Part shown: positions 39,047 through 47,911 of the stretch, one piece after another | How the letters are laid out: each line of letters starts with the position of its first letter | Position numbering within the stretch: the stretch's first letter is position 1 | Origin: an uncultured Oscillospiraceae bacterium | GTDB lineage: Bacteria > Bacillota > Clostridia > Oscillospirales > Oscillospiraceae | Direction of reading: 5' to 3' | Assembly: GCA_959607825.1 (NCBI GenBank) | Contig: CAUHNW010000006.1 | Coordinates: 6,757 to 70,756 of the forward strand | Length of the DNA: 64,000 nucleotides | Notes under the pieces: generated by a model | Seen by the model: the letters and a program-made list of their open reading frames with translations, nothing else | Databases searched by the model: none | Told to the model about the DNA's origin: nothing | Made by a program: the position numbers and the translations under genes

Positions 39047-40945
39047 ATGAACCAGAATTCGCAACATAAGCCCCGGCACCTCCATCGGCTCCGAAGAGCA
39101 GCCGGATGGCTCTGGCTCCCACTGCTGTGGCTGGTGCTGGTGTGGTTGGATCTGGGGTACCGGTATATGTATCCCATGGATGGGATGCACCCTTGGAACG
39201 ACCCCACGGCCATGTTTTTTACCATGCTCTGGTCGCTGCTCCTGACCGGTATTGTCTATATCATGCCCACGGTGGGGCGGCGCATACTGATGGTTTTATT
39301 TGTAACCGTCCAATGCATCTGGTGTCTGGTGTTCGGCGCCATGTACACCATTTTCGGCAGTGTTTTTTCTTTTGCCGACCTTGCCTATGCGGGAGACGGC
39401 GCAAAATTTTTCAGCTTTTCCTGTCTGCACTACCGGAAGGGACTTCTGCTTGCGGTGGCTGGGGGGATTTTGCTGGCGGTACTGCTGGCCGTGCTGCTTC
39501 CCAAAAAACGATACCGGTTTTATCGTCCCATGGTCGGGCTTCTGATGATCGCTGCCGCCGTGGCGGGAATCTGGTACCTGAACGGCACCATGCGGGAATC
39601 TGACAACAGTGCGTTTACATGGGACACCACCTACGAGGCGGATACGGACAAGGCTGTTTATACAAACTTTTCTGACACAAACCGCTGCTTTTATATGGCT
39701 GGCGGCTATCAGTATCTGTTCCGCAGCTTTAATGTGACCTTCGGCATCGAGGATGCCTTCCGAAACGGCATGACCTATGACAAGCTGGATACGTACTATG
39801 CCCAGCGGGAGGAAACGGTGCATTCGGACAATGAAATGACCGGTGCCTTTCAGGGGAAGAACGTGATGCTGTTCCTGCTGGAATCCATTGATACATGGCT
39901 GCTCACCGAGGACTATATGCCCAATCTCTACCGGCTTCAGCAGCAGAGCATCAATTTTGAGAATCACTTTTCCCCCATGTTTATTTCCGCCGGAACCTTC
40001 GGCACGGAGTATACCGTCAATACCGGGCTGATCCCGCCCACCAACGGCGTCAGCTCCAAGGCGTACAGCAGCTACAGCTTTCCCTATTCGCTGGCGCACC
40101 TCTTCGAAAATGCCGGATATACGGCAAACTCCTTCCACTCCTCCAGTCCCAAAATATACAGCCGTGTGCTGATCCACGCCAACTGGGGCTACGAAAAGTA
40201 CCACAGCTTTGTAGACATGGGCATGGAGGACTACCAGCGGGACAGTCAGATGATGAACGGCTATGCCGACATGGTGGCGCCGGAACACTATTTTGACTTT
40301 ATCCTGACCTATTCCGGCCACGGGCCATATACCGAGGAGATGGACAACATCTGTCAGGGGCACTGGGAAGACGTTTCCCGGACAGTTGACCCCGGCACCA
40401 TCCCTGCACAGGGGGCAGATCTTGATGAGTATCGGCGGGCGGTGGCCCATGCCATGGAGACGGATGCCTTCATCGGGCAGCTGGTAGAACAGATGGAGTC
40501 GGACGGAACCCTGGACAATACCGTACTGATATTCTTTACGGATCACTACTGCAAATATATGACCAATACCCAGCTGGTCATGGATCTCAAGGGTGCGGAA
40601 AACATGGACATGATCAACAGGACGCCCTTCTTTATCTACAGCAAGGGCACTCCGGCACAGACCGTCAGCAAGGTGACCTCCTCCATGGACATTGCGCCCA
40701 CCATTGCCAATCTATTTGATCTGGACGTGAACTACGCCTATTATACCGGGGATGACGCCTTTGGTGACGGAGGCGGGTACGTGATCTTCAAGAACATGAA
40801 CTGGTACGATGGGGAGACCTACTACACCGCCGACTACAGCGGGGAGATCACCGATGAAATCCGTCAGCGGACCCAGGAGGCCAAGACCTGGGTACAGATG
40901 TCATGGGACACGCTAAAATGTAATTACTTTGCAAATGCGGAGTAA
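39047..40945 (+). CDS. LTA-synthase / sulfatase-family (alkaline phosphatase superfamily) membrane protein
   Basis: Polytopic N-terminal domain followed by an extracellular sulfatase-like domain (HSSSPKIY..., DHY). Confidence 0.7.
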   Translation: MNQNSQHKPRHLHRLRRAAGWLWLPLLWLVLVWLDLGYRYMYPMDGMHPWNDPTAMFFTMLWSLLLTGIVYIMPTVGRRILMVLFVTVQCIWCLVFGAMYTIFGSVFSFADLAYAGDGAKFFSFSCLHYRKGLLLAVAGGILLAVLLAVLLPKKRYRFYRPMVGLLMIAAAVAGIWYLNGTMRESDNSAFTWDTTYEADTDKAVYTNFSDTNRCFYMAGGYQYLFRSFNVTFGIEDAFRNGMTYDKLDTYYAQREETVHSDNEMTGAFQGKNVMLFLLESIDTWLLTEDYMPNLYRLQQQSINFENHFSPMFISAGTFGTEYTVNTGLIPPTNGVSSKAYSSYSFPYSLAHLFENAGYTANSFHSSSPKIYSRVLIHANWGYEKYHSFVDMGMEDYQRDSQMMNGYADMVAPEHYFDFILTYSGHGPYTEEMDNICQGHWEDVSRTVDPGTIPAQGADLDEYRRAVAHAMETDAFIGQLVEQMESDGTLDNTVLIFFTDHYCKYMTNTQLVMDLKGAENMDMINRTPFFIYSKGTPAQTVSKVTSSMDIAPTIANLFDLDVNYAYYTGDDAFGDGGGYVIFKNMNWYDGETYYTADYSGEITDEIRQRTQEAKTWVQMSWDTLKCNYFANAE

Positions 40946-40968
40946 AATAGATCAGAGGAGGAATTGTT

Positions 40969-41535
40969 ATGAAATGTAAAAAGTGCGGCACACAGGTAGA
41001 CGATCAGGCAAAGTTCTGCCCAGTCTGCGGCGAGGCCCTGCACGCAGACGGCTTCGGTGGCGAGCCACCGAAAGCTCCCCAGCCGCCCCGGCCCGATTTT
41101 GGCAGTCAGGAAGCCGGCGGCAGCTACCAATATGGCGGCGGACAGCCCGGAGGTTACCGCCCCGCCGGCGGACGCTACAAGGCTCCCATTACCTCCCGCA
41201 GCATCCCGGTGGCCATCATCCTTTCCATCGTCACCTGTGGAATCTACGGGATCTACTGGCTCTATTGCATGGTCAACGACCTGAATACCGCCAGCGGACA
41301 TGAAAATGATACCAGCGGCGGCATGGTCATTCTGTTCTCTATCATTACATGCAATATCTACGGTCTCTTCTGGGACTATACCGCAGGCAACAAAGTCGGT
41401 GAGATTCAGGAATATGACGGCCGTACCAGAGACAGCTATCTGGGAATCCTCTATCTGCTGCTGGATTTCTTCGGACTTGGCATTGTGGCTATGGCGCTGA
41501 TTCAGAATGAGCTTAACAAAGTGGCCGGCCTGTAA
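40969..41535 (+). CDS. Zinc-ribbon + DUF4234 membrane protein
   Basis: CxxC-N12-CxxC ribbon, a G/P/Q-rich linker, and two TM hairpins with CGIYGIYW / CNIYGLFW motifs. Confidence 0.65.
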   Translation: MKCKKCGTQVDDQAKFCPVCGEALHADGFGGEPPKAPQPPRPDFGSQEAGGSYQYGGGQPGGYRPAGGRYKAPITSRSIPVAIILSIVTCGIYGIYWLYCMVNDLNTASGHENDTSGGMVILFSIITCNIYGLFWDYTAGNKVGEIQEYDGRTRDSYLGILYLLLDFFGLGIVAMALIQNELNKVAGL

Positions 41536-41911
41536 GCATCGGCTGGCGCAGGTCTTGCTGCTCTGGGGCTGTGTGCTGGTGATGGGGATATGCTACGGGC
41601 TTGTGATATCCCGGTTGGGTTTTGGAATTCCCTGTATGTTTCGGCTGCTGACCGGCCTGAAATGTCCCGGCTGCGGGGTCAGTCATATGGCCCTCCGGCT
41701 CATGGCCGGGGATATCCCCGGCGCATTTCGGGAAAACCCGGCCGTGTTCTGCCTGCTCCCATTGGGCGGAATTCTGGCCGGAAGGTGCAGCGTTCGATAT
41801 ATCCGATCCGGCACCAAAAAGCTGTCACGCTTTGAAAATGGCATGGCTGTTTTTATGATCGTGGTGCTGGTTGCCTATGGAATCCTGCGAAATTTTCCGG
41901 TTTTCCCTTGA
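41507..41911 (+). CDS. DUF2752 membrane protein; start codon uncertain
   Basis: CPGCGVSHMAL motif (DUF2752 CPxCGxTRA-like) after a TM helix. The ATG at 41507 overlaps the upstream gene by 29 nt; TTG 41554, GTG 41572 and ATG 41582 are alternative starts. Confidence 0.5.
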   Translation: MSLTKWPACKHRLAQVLLLWGCVLVMGICYGLVISRLGFGIPCMFRLLTGLKCPGCGVSHMALRLMAGDIPGAFRENPAVFCLLPLGGILAGRCSVRYIRSGTKKLSRFENGMAVFMIVVLVAYGILRNFPVFP

Positions 41912-41943
41912 CAAGCCCCGGAGAAATATGCTATACTCCGCCA

Positions 41944-42210
41944 CGATAACACAAAGGCAATGATGGAGAACAGTAGGGATCGTCTCCGGCCCTCAGAGAG
42001 CTTCCGGTTGGTGCGAGGAAGCGGCCCCCAATTCCGAAATTACACTCCGGAGCTTCCGGCTGAATGAAGTAGGCCCCCACGGGTGCGCCCGTTACTGCGC
42101 AGGAGTTGTCTGACTCCCTGAGGCCGTCTGCTGTGAGGCAGCGGCGAACCAGAGGTGGTACCGCGTAATTACGCCCTCTGCTTGCAGCCATGCAGGCAGA
42201 GGGCTTTTTG
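41944..42210 (+). promoter_or_regulatory. T-box riboswitch leader (tyrosyl) with intrinsic terminator; promoter TTGACA-18-TATACT at 41908..41937
   Basis: Conserved T-box sequence aaccAGAGGTGGTACCGCG (42147..42165) overlaps the terminator hairpin gccctctgc...gcagagggc followed by TTTTT; tyrS lies downstream. Confidence 0.8.
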
Positions 42211-42256
42211 TATCCTCCTCCTGCCATGGAAATCATATTATCTGGAGGAAATCACT

Positions 42257-43489
42257 ATGACACTGTACGAAGAACTCACCGCCCGGGGCCTCATTGCCCA
42301 GACCACCAATGAGGAAGAGATCCGGGACATGATCAACAACGGCAAGGCCACCTTCTATATCGGCTTTGACTGCACCGCCGACAGCCTTACCGCAGGGCAT
42401 TTTATGGCCCTGACCCTGATGAAGCGCCTTCAGATGGCGGGCAACAAGCCCATCGCCCTGATCGGCGGCGGCACCACCATGATCGGCGACCCCTCGGGCC
42501 GTACCGACATGCGGAAGATGCTCACCAAGGAGGACATTGACCACAATGCCGAGTGCTTCAAGCGCCAGATGGAGCGGTTTATCGACTTCTCCGATGGCAA
42601 GGCCCTGATGCTCAACAACGCCGATTGGCTGCTGAACCTCAACTATGTGGAGCTGCTCCGTGAGGTGGGCGCATGCTTCTCCGTCAACAACATGCTCCGT
42701 GCCGAGTGCTACAAGCAGAGAATGGAGAAGGGGCTTTCCTTCCTGGAGTTCAACTACATGATCATGCAGTCCTACGACTTCTACTACCTGTTCCAGCACT
42801 ACGGCTGCAACATGCAGTTCGGCGGCGATGACCAGTGGAGCAATATGCTGGGCGGCCGGGAGCTGATCCGCCGGAAGCTGGGTGACGGCACCAAGGCCAA
42901 CTCCATGACCATCACCCTGCTCACCGACTCTCAGGGCAAGAAGATGGGCAAGACAGCCGGCAATGCCGTGTGGCTGGATGCCAACAAGACCTCTCCCTAC
43001 GACTTCTACCAGTACTGGCGGAACGTGGGCGATGCGGACGTGATGAAGTGCATCCGCATGCTGACCTTCCTGCCGCTGGAGCAGATCGATGAAATGGACA
43101 AGTGGGAAGGCAGTCAGCTCAACCAGGCCAAGGAGATCCTTGCCTACGAGCTCACCCGGATGGTGCATGGTGAGGAAGAGGCCGAGAAGGCGCAGGCCGC
43201 TGCCCGGGCGATCTTTGTTTCCGGCGGCGCTTCTGCCGATATGCCCACCACCACTCTCACCGCCGAGGATGTGCCTGAGGATTCCATTGGCGTCCTGAGC
43301 CTTATGGTCAAGTGCGGTCTGTGCAAGTCCAACGGCGAAGCCCGCCGTCTGGTACAGCAGGGCGGCGTACTGGTAGACGATGAAAAGGTCACGGATTCCG
43401 CCGCAACCGTAGCAAAGGAAAAGCTGGAAGCCGGTGTTGTCATCAAAAAGGGCAAGAAGGTCTTCCATAAGGCTGTTCTGGCAAAGTAA
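42257..43489 (+). CDS. tyrS: Tyrosine--tRNA ligase
   Basis: Start at MTLYEEL behind a GGAGGAA RBS. HIGH-type FDCTADSLTAGH, KMSKS-type KKMGKT, and a C-terminal S4 domain. Confidence 0.95.
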   Translation: MTLYEELTARGLIAQTTNEEEIRDMINNGKATFYIGFDCTADSLTAGHFMALTLMKRLQMAGNKPIALIGGGTTMIGDPSGRTDMRKMLTKEDIDHNAECFKRQMERFIDFSDGKALMLNNADWLLNLNYVELLREVGACFSVNNMLRAECYKQRMEKGLSFLEFNYMIMQSYDFYYLFQHYGCNMQFGGDDQWSNMLGGRELIRRKLGDGTKANSMTITLLTDSQGKKMGKTAGNAVWLDANKTSPYDFYQYWRNVGDADVMKCIRMLTFLPLEQIDEMDKWEGSQLNQAKEILAYELTRMVHGEEEAEKAQAAARAIFVSGGASADMPTTTLTAEDVPEDSIGVLSLMVKCGLCKSNGEARRLVQQGGVLVDDEKVTDSAATVAKEKLEAGVVIKKGKKVFHKAVLAK

Positions 43490-43514
43490 ATTTTTAGGGC
43501 AACACCGCGCAAAT

Positions 43515-43708
43515 GCGTCTTCGGATTTTGACGGATCTTTTTCGCCAGAAATTCGTCTGTAAAACCTTGAAATACACAAAGTATTCCTGCGGTTTTACAC
43601 CTTTTTCTGACAGAAAAATCTCTCGTCAGACTCTCTCGCCGATTTGCGCGGTATTGCCTTAGGATGCTCCCTGATATCCGCAGTCTTCGGGCTGCGGATA
43701 TTTATTTT
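43515..43708 (+). repeat. Copy B of the ~190-nt conserved intergenic element, ending in a rho-independent terminator (43673..43708)
   Basis: Homologous to 958..1245, including the identical 21-mer at 43567..43587. Terminal hairpin gatatccgcag-N7-ctgcggatat followed by a T-run. Confidence 0.8.
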
Positions 43709-43717
43709 ATCTTTCTC

Positions 43718-43764
43718 TTGACATATCTGTGCATACTGTATATACTGTTTATACACAGTATGCA
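43718..43764 (+). promoter_or_regulatory. Sigma-A promoter (TTGACA-17-TATACT) overlapped by a palindromic operator
   Basis: Perfect 9-bp inverted repeat GCATACTGT (43731..43739) and ACAGTATGC (43756..43764), extending to a 12-bp near-palindrome; it spans the -10 element and the transcription start. Confidence 0.7.
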
Positions 43765-43777
43765 GGGAGGTGCTGGG

Positions 43778-44155
43778 GTGCAGTTACTCATCGACAATAA
43801 GAGCGGCGCACCGATCTACGAGCAGATCTATACGCAGCTGAAGGAGCAGATCATTTCCGGTGCGCTTACTGAGGATCAGCCGCTGCCCTCCATCCGCGCT
43901 CTGGCCAAGGATCTCCGCATCAGCGTCATCACCACAAAGCGGGCCTACGATGAGCTGGAGCAGGAGGGGTTCCTCTACACCATCGCCGGGAAAGGGTCCT
44001 TTGTGGCAAAGAAGAATACCGAGCTGCTCCGGGAGGAACAACTGAAAAAAATAGAGGGGCATCTGTCCGAGGTGCGGCGGCTGGCTGCCTCCATTCACCT
44101 GACCCGGGAGGACATCCGGGAAATGCTGGCGCTTATGTGGGAGGATGAATTATGA
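43778..44155 (+). CDS. GntR-family (YtrA-like) transcriptional regulator
   Basis: GTG start behind a GGGAGG RBS. Winged HTH (PSIRALAKDLRISVITTKRAYDELEQEG); short, with no effector domain. Confidence 0.85.
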   Translation: MQLLIDNKSGAPIYEQIYTQLKEQIISGALTEDQPLPSIRALAKDLRISVITTKRAYDELEQEGFLYTIAGKGSFVAKKNTELLREEQLKKIEGHLSEVRRLAASIHLTREDIREMLALMWEDEL

Positions 44156-45003
44156 ACGCAATTTCGGTAAAAGACCTGACGATTACCTATCATGGGGGAA
44201 AGAAACCGGATTTCTCCTTTGGTCCTGTGACGCTGGAGCTGCCCAAGGGCGCAATTCTTGGGCTATTGGGAGAAAACGGTGCCGGAAAGACAACATTGAT
44301 GAAGTTGATCCTTGGCCTGCGGCGGCCTCAAAGCGGCGAGATCTCTCTGCTGGATGGGGTGCCGGGACAACCGGCCATCATGGAAAACGTCGGCGTGGTA
44401 CTGGATGAGCCGGGGGTTCCCGCATGCCTGACGCCCGTGCAGCTTGGAAAGGTGCTGGGTCGGATCTACCATTCATGGGATCCCCAGCGCTATGCGCAGT
44501 ATCTCCGGCAGCTGCAGCTGCCGGAAAATAAGCCCTTTTCGGAGTTCTCCAAGGGCATGAAAACAAAGCTGTCCATTGCAGCGGCACTGGGACACTGCCC
44601 AAAGCTTCTTATACTGGATGAACCCACCTCCGGCCTTGACCCGTTGGTTCGAGAGGAAATGCTGGAGCTGCTTTCGGATTTTACCAGAGACCCGGAGCAT
44701 TCCATCCTGATTTCCTCCCACATTGTCGGTGATCTGGAAAAGCTCTGCGACTATGTAGCGTTTCTCCATCACGGAACGCTGCTGCTGTGTGAAGAAAAGG
44801 ATCGGGTGCTGGAGCAGTATGGCATTCTGCATGGGTCGGCCTCTGAGATCGATGCGCTGGATCCGCAGGCAGTGCTTCATCAGGAGCGATCCGCCTACGG
44901 CGTAGAGGCGCTGGTTCGGCGTGCGCTTGTGCCTCAGAGCCTAGCGCTGCGCTCAGCCACCCTGGAGGAAATTTTTGTTGGTATGATAAAGGAGGAGGCA
45001 TAA
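44152..45003 (+). CDS. ABC transporter ATP-binding protein
   Basis: Walker A (GENGAGKTT), signature (FSKGMKTK), Walker B (LILDEPTSGLD); 4-nt overlap with the GntR gene. Confidence 0.9.
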   Translation: MNAISVKDLTITYHGGKKPDFSFGPVTLELPKGAILGLLGENGAGKTTLMKLILGLRRPQSGEISLLDGVPGQPAIMENVGVVLDEPGVPACLTPVQLGKVLGRIYHSWDPQRYAQYLRQLQLPENKPFSEFSKGMKTKLSIAAALGHCPKLLILDEPTSGLDPLVREEMLELLSDFTRDPEHSILISSHIVGDLEKLCDYVAFLHHGTLLLCEEKDRVLEQYGILHGSASEIDALDPQAVLHQERSAYGVEALVRRALVPQSLALRSATLEEIFVGMIKEEA

Positions 45004-45004
45004 A

Positions 45005-45598
45005 ATGCTGGGACTCATTCAGAAGGACATCTATCAGATGCTGAAGTATCAGCGGGTGCTGCTGCTGATCGTGATCGTCTTTGCGGCAGTTTCCGCCAAA
45101 AACATCGACAATGCGTTTTTCTCGATTTATCCGGCAGTGATTGCCGGACTGTCCATGGTAACGCTCCAAAGCTACGATGAGCAGAGCGGCTTTGCCTGCT
45201 ACAGCATGGTTATGCCGGTTTCCAAAAAGACCATTGTGGGGGAGAAATACCTCTACGGCATAGGGATGATCCTGCTGGTGTCGCTGGTAGACGCCGTCTC
45301 CTTCCTGTTCTTTCAGTTTCCTATATTGGAGGCCCTTCGGAGCATCTGCTTTATCATAGCGGTGGGACTCATCTGCCTCAGCGTATTTCTTCCCTTTATC
45401 TTTGCCTATGGGGTAGAACGGGGACGTACTGCCTATGTGGTCGCCATGGGTGTGTACTGCGCTCTGACATTTCTGATAAAGGATCGGCTACAGAATGTTC
45501 CCATAATCACGCTGGGCGGTGCGGTCGGAATTGGTGTCGTGCTGACGGCGGTTTCCTTTGCGGTATCCGTTCTGGCATACGATAGAAGGAGCTTCTAA
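45005..45598 (+). CDS. ABC-2 type transporter permease
   Basis: 197 aa, about 6 TM segments; completes a GntR-ATPase-permease operon. Confidence 0.6.
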   Translation: MLGLIQKDIYQMLKYQRVLLLIVIVFAAVSAKNIDNAFFSIYPAVIAGLSMVTLQSYDEQSGFACYSMVMPVSKKTIVGEKYLYGIGMILLVSLVDAVSFLFFQFPILEALRSICFIIAVGLICLSVFLPFIFAYGVERGRTAYVVAMGVYCALTFLIKDRLQNVPIITLGGAVGIGVVLTAVSFAVSVLAYDRRSF

Positions 45599-45609
45599 GG
45601 CAATACGCA

Positions 45610-45652
45610 ATGGAGGCACGCTGCCTTTTTCTTTGCAGCGTGCCTCCATAAT
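45610..45652. terminator. Bidirectional terminator
   Basis: Hairpin ggaggcacgctgc-N11-gcagcgtgcctcc. Confidence 0.7.
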
Positions 45653-46897
45653 TTAGACTTCCCAGCCGTTTAAGTATTTAACCTGCGCATCCGTCAGGGT
45701 ATCCACCTTCAGTCCCATGGCATCCAGCTTGATTTTGGAGACCAGATCATCGATCTCCGCAGGAACCTCATAGACGTCATTCTTCATTTCCCTGCGATGC
45801 TCCATGAGATATTTCAGGCTCATGGACTGAATGGCAAAGCTCATGTCCATAATCTCAGCAGGGTGGCCGTTGCCGGAGGCCAGATTCACAAGCCGTCCCT
45901 CTGCCAGCAGATTCAGAGTGCGGCCATCGGGCAGCTCATAGCCCATGATCTCATCCCGGCGGAGATAGACCCGATCTGCCATTTCCCGAAGCTCCACCTC
46001 GTTGACCTCCACATTAAAGTGGCCGGCATTGCTGAGGAAGGCATTGTTCTTCATCTTTTCAAAATGGCGCTTGGTGATAACGTCCCGGCAGCCGGTGGCG
46101 GTAACAAAAATATCGCCAAGGGGTGCGGCCTCATCCATGGTCATGACCATGTAGCCGTCCATAGTTGCCTCCAGCGCCTTAATGGGGTCAATCTCCGTTA
46201 CGATTACCGTAGCACCCATGCCCTTGGCCCGCATGGCAATGCCTCTTCCGCAGTAGCCGTAGCCCGCAACTACCACAGTGCGGCCCGCTACCAGCAGATT
46301 GGTGGTATGCATAATGGCATCCCAGACACTCTGACCGGTGCCGTACTTGTTGTCATAGTAGTGCTTGCACTTGGCATCGTTGACGTTCATCATGGGGAAG
46401 GGGAGCGCTCCGGCCTTGGCCCGGGCCCTCAGCCGGTGGATGCCGGTGGTGGTCTCCTCACAGCCGCCCATGACCTTGTCCGCATAGTCCTTGCAGGTGG
46501 AGGTCAGCAGCTCCAGAAGATCGCCGCCGTCATCGATAAACAGGTCGGGATGGCAGGAGAGGGTTTTGCTCAGATGGTCAAGATATTCCTCCTGGGTAGC
46601 GCCGTGCCACGCCGCCACATGGACCCCCAGCGAGGCAAGCCCCGCCGCCACATCATCCTGGGTGGACAAGGGATTGCAGCCGGTGGCATATACCTCAGCA
46701 CCGGCCGCCTTCAAAACCGTTGCCAGATAAGCGGTTTTTGCCTCCATGTGGATGGACATGGCAATGGTTTTCCCGGCAAAGGGCTTTGTTGCTTCAAACT
46801 CCTTTTTGATGGCGCTCAGGGCCGGCATAAAGTCCTGCACCCACTGGATCTTCATGCGTCCATGCTCCTGCAGGGACATATCTCTGACAATATTCAA
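45653..46897 (-). CDS. ahcY: Adenosylhomocysteinase
   Basis: Apparent TTG start. NAD-binding motif (VVVAGYGYCGRG) and a conserved SAH hydrolase N-terminus. Confidence 0.9.
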   Translation of the reverse strand: MNIVRDMSLQEHGRMKIQWVQDFMPALSAIKKEFEATKPFAGKTIAMSIHMEAKTAYLATVLKAAGAEVYATGCNPLSTQDDVAAGLASLGVHVAAWHGATQEEYLDHLSKTLSCHPDLFIDDGGDLLELLTSTCKDYADKVMGGCEETTTGIHRLRARAKAGALPFPMMNVNDAKCKHYYDNKYGTGQSVWDAIMHTTNLLVAGRTVVVAGYGYCGRGIAMRAKGMGATVIVTEIDPIKALEATMDGYMVMTMDEAAPLGDIFVTATGCRDVITKRHFEKMKNNAFLSNAGHFNVEVNEVELREMADRVYLRRDEIMGYELPDGRTLNLLAEGRLVNLASGNGHPAEIMDMSFAIQSMSLKYLMEHRREMKNDVYEVPAEIDDLVSKIKLDAMGLKVDTLTDAQVKYLNGWEV

Positions 46898-47038
46898 GTC
46901 CTTTCGACCTCTTTCTTCATAAATTCAGACTCAGTATATCATATTATTTACAGAGGAACAAGAAAGTTTACACATTTTTCATGGACTTTTCCATGGGGAT
47001 GCAATAGAATAGCGTTACAAATGTTAGGAGGATGCCAA

Positions 47039-47911
47039 GTGAATGAATTAAGACGGAAATGGAGCCGTTTCCTTTATAACAACCGGGACAAGGGGATCCC
47101 CAATCTGATGCTGTTTATCAGCGTCGGTACTTTGATCGTCTATTTCTTTTCCATGATCGATCCCAGCAACGTGATCTACCGATTTATCTGCTTTGACCGA
47201 AACGCCATCCTTCACGGGCAAGTTTGGCGGCTTTTCACCTATGTATTCGTGCCCACATCCCGGGGGATTTGGCTGTTTCTGCTGCTCTTTGCCTATTACG
47301 GCATTGGCCGGATGGTGGAGAGCGTCTGGGGCACCCTGAAATTCAACCTGTTCTATCTCTGCGGTGTTGTGATTATGGACATTGCAGGACTGCTTTTGGG
47401 GCGCACCGCCACCACCTATTACCTGAATCTCAGCCTGTTTCTTGCCCTTGCCACCATGTACCCGGACAACAAGGTGCTGCTGATGTATATCATCCCCATT
47501 AAAATGAAGTATCTGGCGTGGGTGTATCTGGCCTTTACGGTGCTGGATGTGGTAAGAGGCGACTTCTTCTCCGTATTCGCTCTGCTCAACTACTTTATTT
47601 TCTTCGGGCGTGACTGCCGGAATGTGCTTCCCGGGGCCGACCATGTGGGGGCCCGGCACATTCAGTTTGGGCGGAAGAATCATGGGAATCCCAACTGGGC
47701 CAATCATTACCGCAGTGCCTCCGGCCACCGTCCCGGTCAAAAGGGCGACTTTAAGAAGGTAGTAGACGCACCGGCCTATCGGCACAAGTGCACCGTCTGC
47801 GGCCGCACCGACGTCTCCAATCCGGAGCTGGAATTCCGCTACTGCTCCAAGTGCAATGGCTTCTACTGCTATTGTCAGGATCATATCAACAACCATGCGC
47901 ACATTCAGTAA
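47039..47911 (+). CDS. Rhomboid-like polytopic membrane protein with a C-terminal Cys-rich zinc ribbon; probably non-proteolytic (catalytic Ser replaced by Cys, no TM6 His)
   Basis: GTG start behind an AGGAGG RBS. Rhomboid TM2/L1 motifs (GQVWRLFT...GRMVESVWG), YLCGVV in place of GxSG, and a C-terminal C-x2-C...C-x2-C...CYC. Confidence 0.45.
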   Translation: MNELRRKWSRFLYNNRDKGIPNLMLFISVGTLIVYFFSMIDPSNVIYRFICFDRNAILHGQVWRLFTYVFVPTSRGIWLFLLLFAYYGIGRMVESVWGTLKFNLFYLCGVVIMDIAGLLLGRTATTYYLNLSLFLALATMYPDNKVLLMYIIPIKMKYLAWVYLAFTVLDVVRGDFFSVFALLNYFIFFGRDCRNVLPGADHVGARHIQFGRKNHGNPNWANHYRSASGHRPGQKGDFKKVVDAPAYRHKCTVCGRTDVSNPELEFRYCSKCNGFYCYCQDHINNHAHIQ

